Shown: piece by piece, positions 63,469-64,000 of the stretch | Position numbering within the stretch: position 1 is the stretch's first letter | How the letters are laid out: every line of letters begins with the position of its first letter | Source of the DNA: Balanoglossus misakiensis | Lineage: Eukaryota; Animalia; Hemichordata | Assembly: GCA_040954595.2 (NCBI GenBank) | Contig: CM082595.2 | Coordinates: forward strand, 4,614,137 to 4,678,136 | Length of the DNA stretch: 64,000 nt | Direction of reading: 5' to 3' | The notes under the pieces: generated by a model | The model's database searches: none | What the model saw: the letters and a program-made list of their open reading frames with translations, nothing else | What the model was told of the DNA's origin: nothing | Position numbers and translations under genes: made by a program

Positions 63469-64000
63469 TATATGGGGACAGGAATGCCGGAAACAGCCCT
63501 GGATCAACCCGATCTCCCTCTCACTACAAGACACGGACTTTGCAGTACAGAGTTCAGTGACTCATCACACACACAAGCGACACCAACGTCTCCATTGTCA
63601 CTGTCATGCTCTTCTGACTTCCAAAAATACACCTGGTGGCAGGCGAAACAGCTGCCATATATCTATCACTGATTGCTCTCGCTGCTATCAAGTTGTAACA
63701 CACAGTCGCAGAGACAACGACACCACAGCCTGACCAGGCATGCATGACTAACTGACAAGCCATCTAGACTACGGGTATCTGCCGCAATACAAATGATCAC
63801 CCAGCCTCACAAAGCAAAGAGGATCTTCCGAATACATTTTCACGTCCAGAGTATCAATCTGCACCACCAAAACTTTCACGAACGTTCCACGATCTTTGGG
63901 CTTTAAAAAAATCACATTTGTCAAGAGTACCGTAACTCACGGTGTGTATTTTCGTGATTGAGGTTTAATTTATATCTTGACCTTGGCTCTGCACCTTGAT

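Noticed and set aside
3000-64000. Additional tandem Hes paralogs or an autonomous transposase/reverse transcriptase
   Set aside because: No second bHLH/Orange/WRPW signature and no long ORF seen; the longest unexplained ORFs are about 160 aa with no recognisable motif.

Overview
Animal genomic DNA, most likely from an invertebrate deuterostome (inferred from gene content, intron positions and repeat style). Most of the short ORFs in the track are noise. Two genes can be read directly. (1) A complete four-exon hairy/Hes1-4 type bHLH-Orange-WRPW repressor on + (CDS 887..2474, 347 aa). Its promoter has a Su(H)/RBPJ paired site, CCAAT boxes and a TATA box arranged much like the mammalian Hes1 promoter. 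(2) The last coding exon of the mitochondrial fusion GTPase Opa1 on - (19716..19780, KVRHVQEKLEEFIEALSKEK*), which the ORF track misses. The genes lie tail-to-tail, so the vertebrate HES1-OPA1 linkage appears conserved here. I could not find the preceding Opa1 exon, so everything from 19.8 kb to the window end is probably one intron of more than 44 kb. The 0-18 kb Hes domain is CpG-rich, nearly free of transposons and dense in Su(H), Sox/TCF and bHLH motifs. The Opa1 intron is CpG-poorer and holds several families of short non-autonomous DNA transposons (TA, TAA, TTAA, 8/10-bp and 9-bp target-site duplications), enhancer-like islands and a few possible antisense exons.
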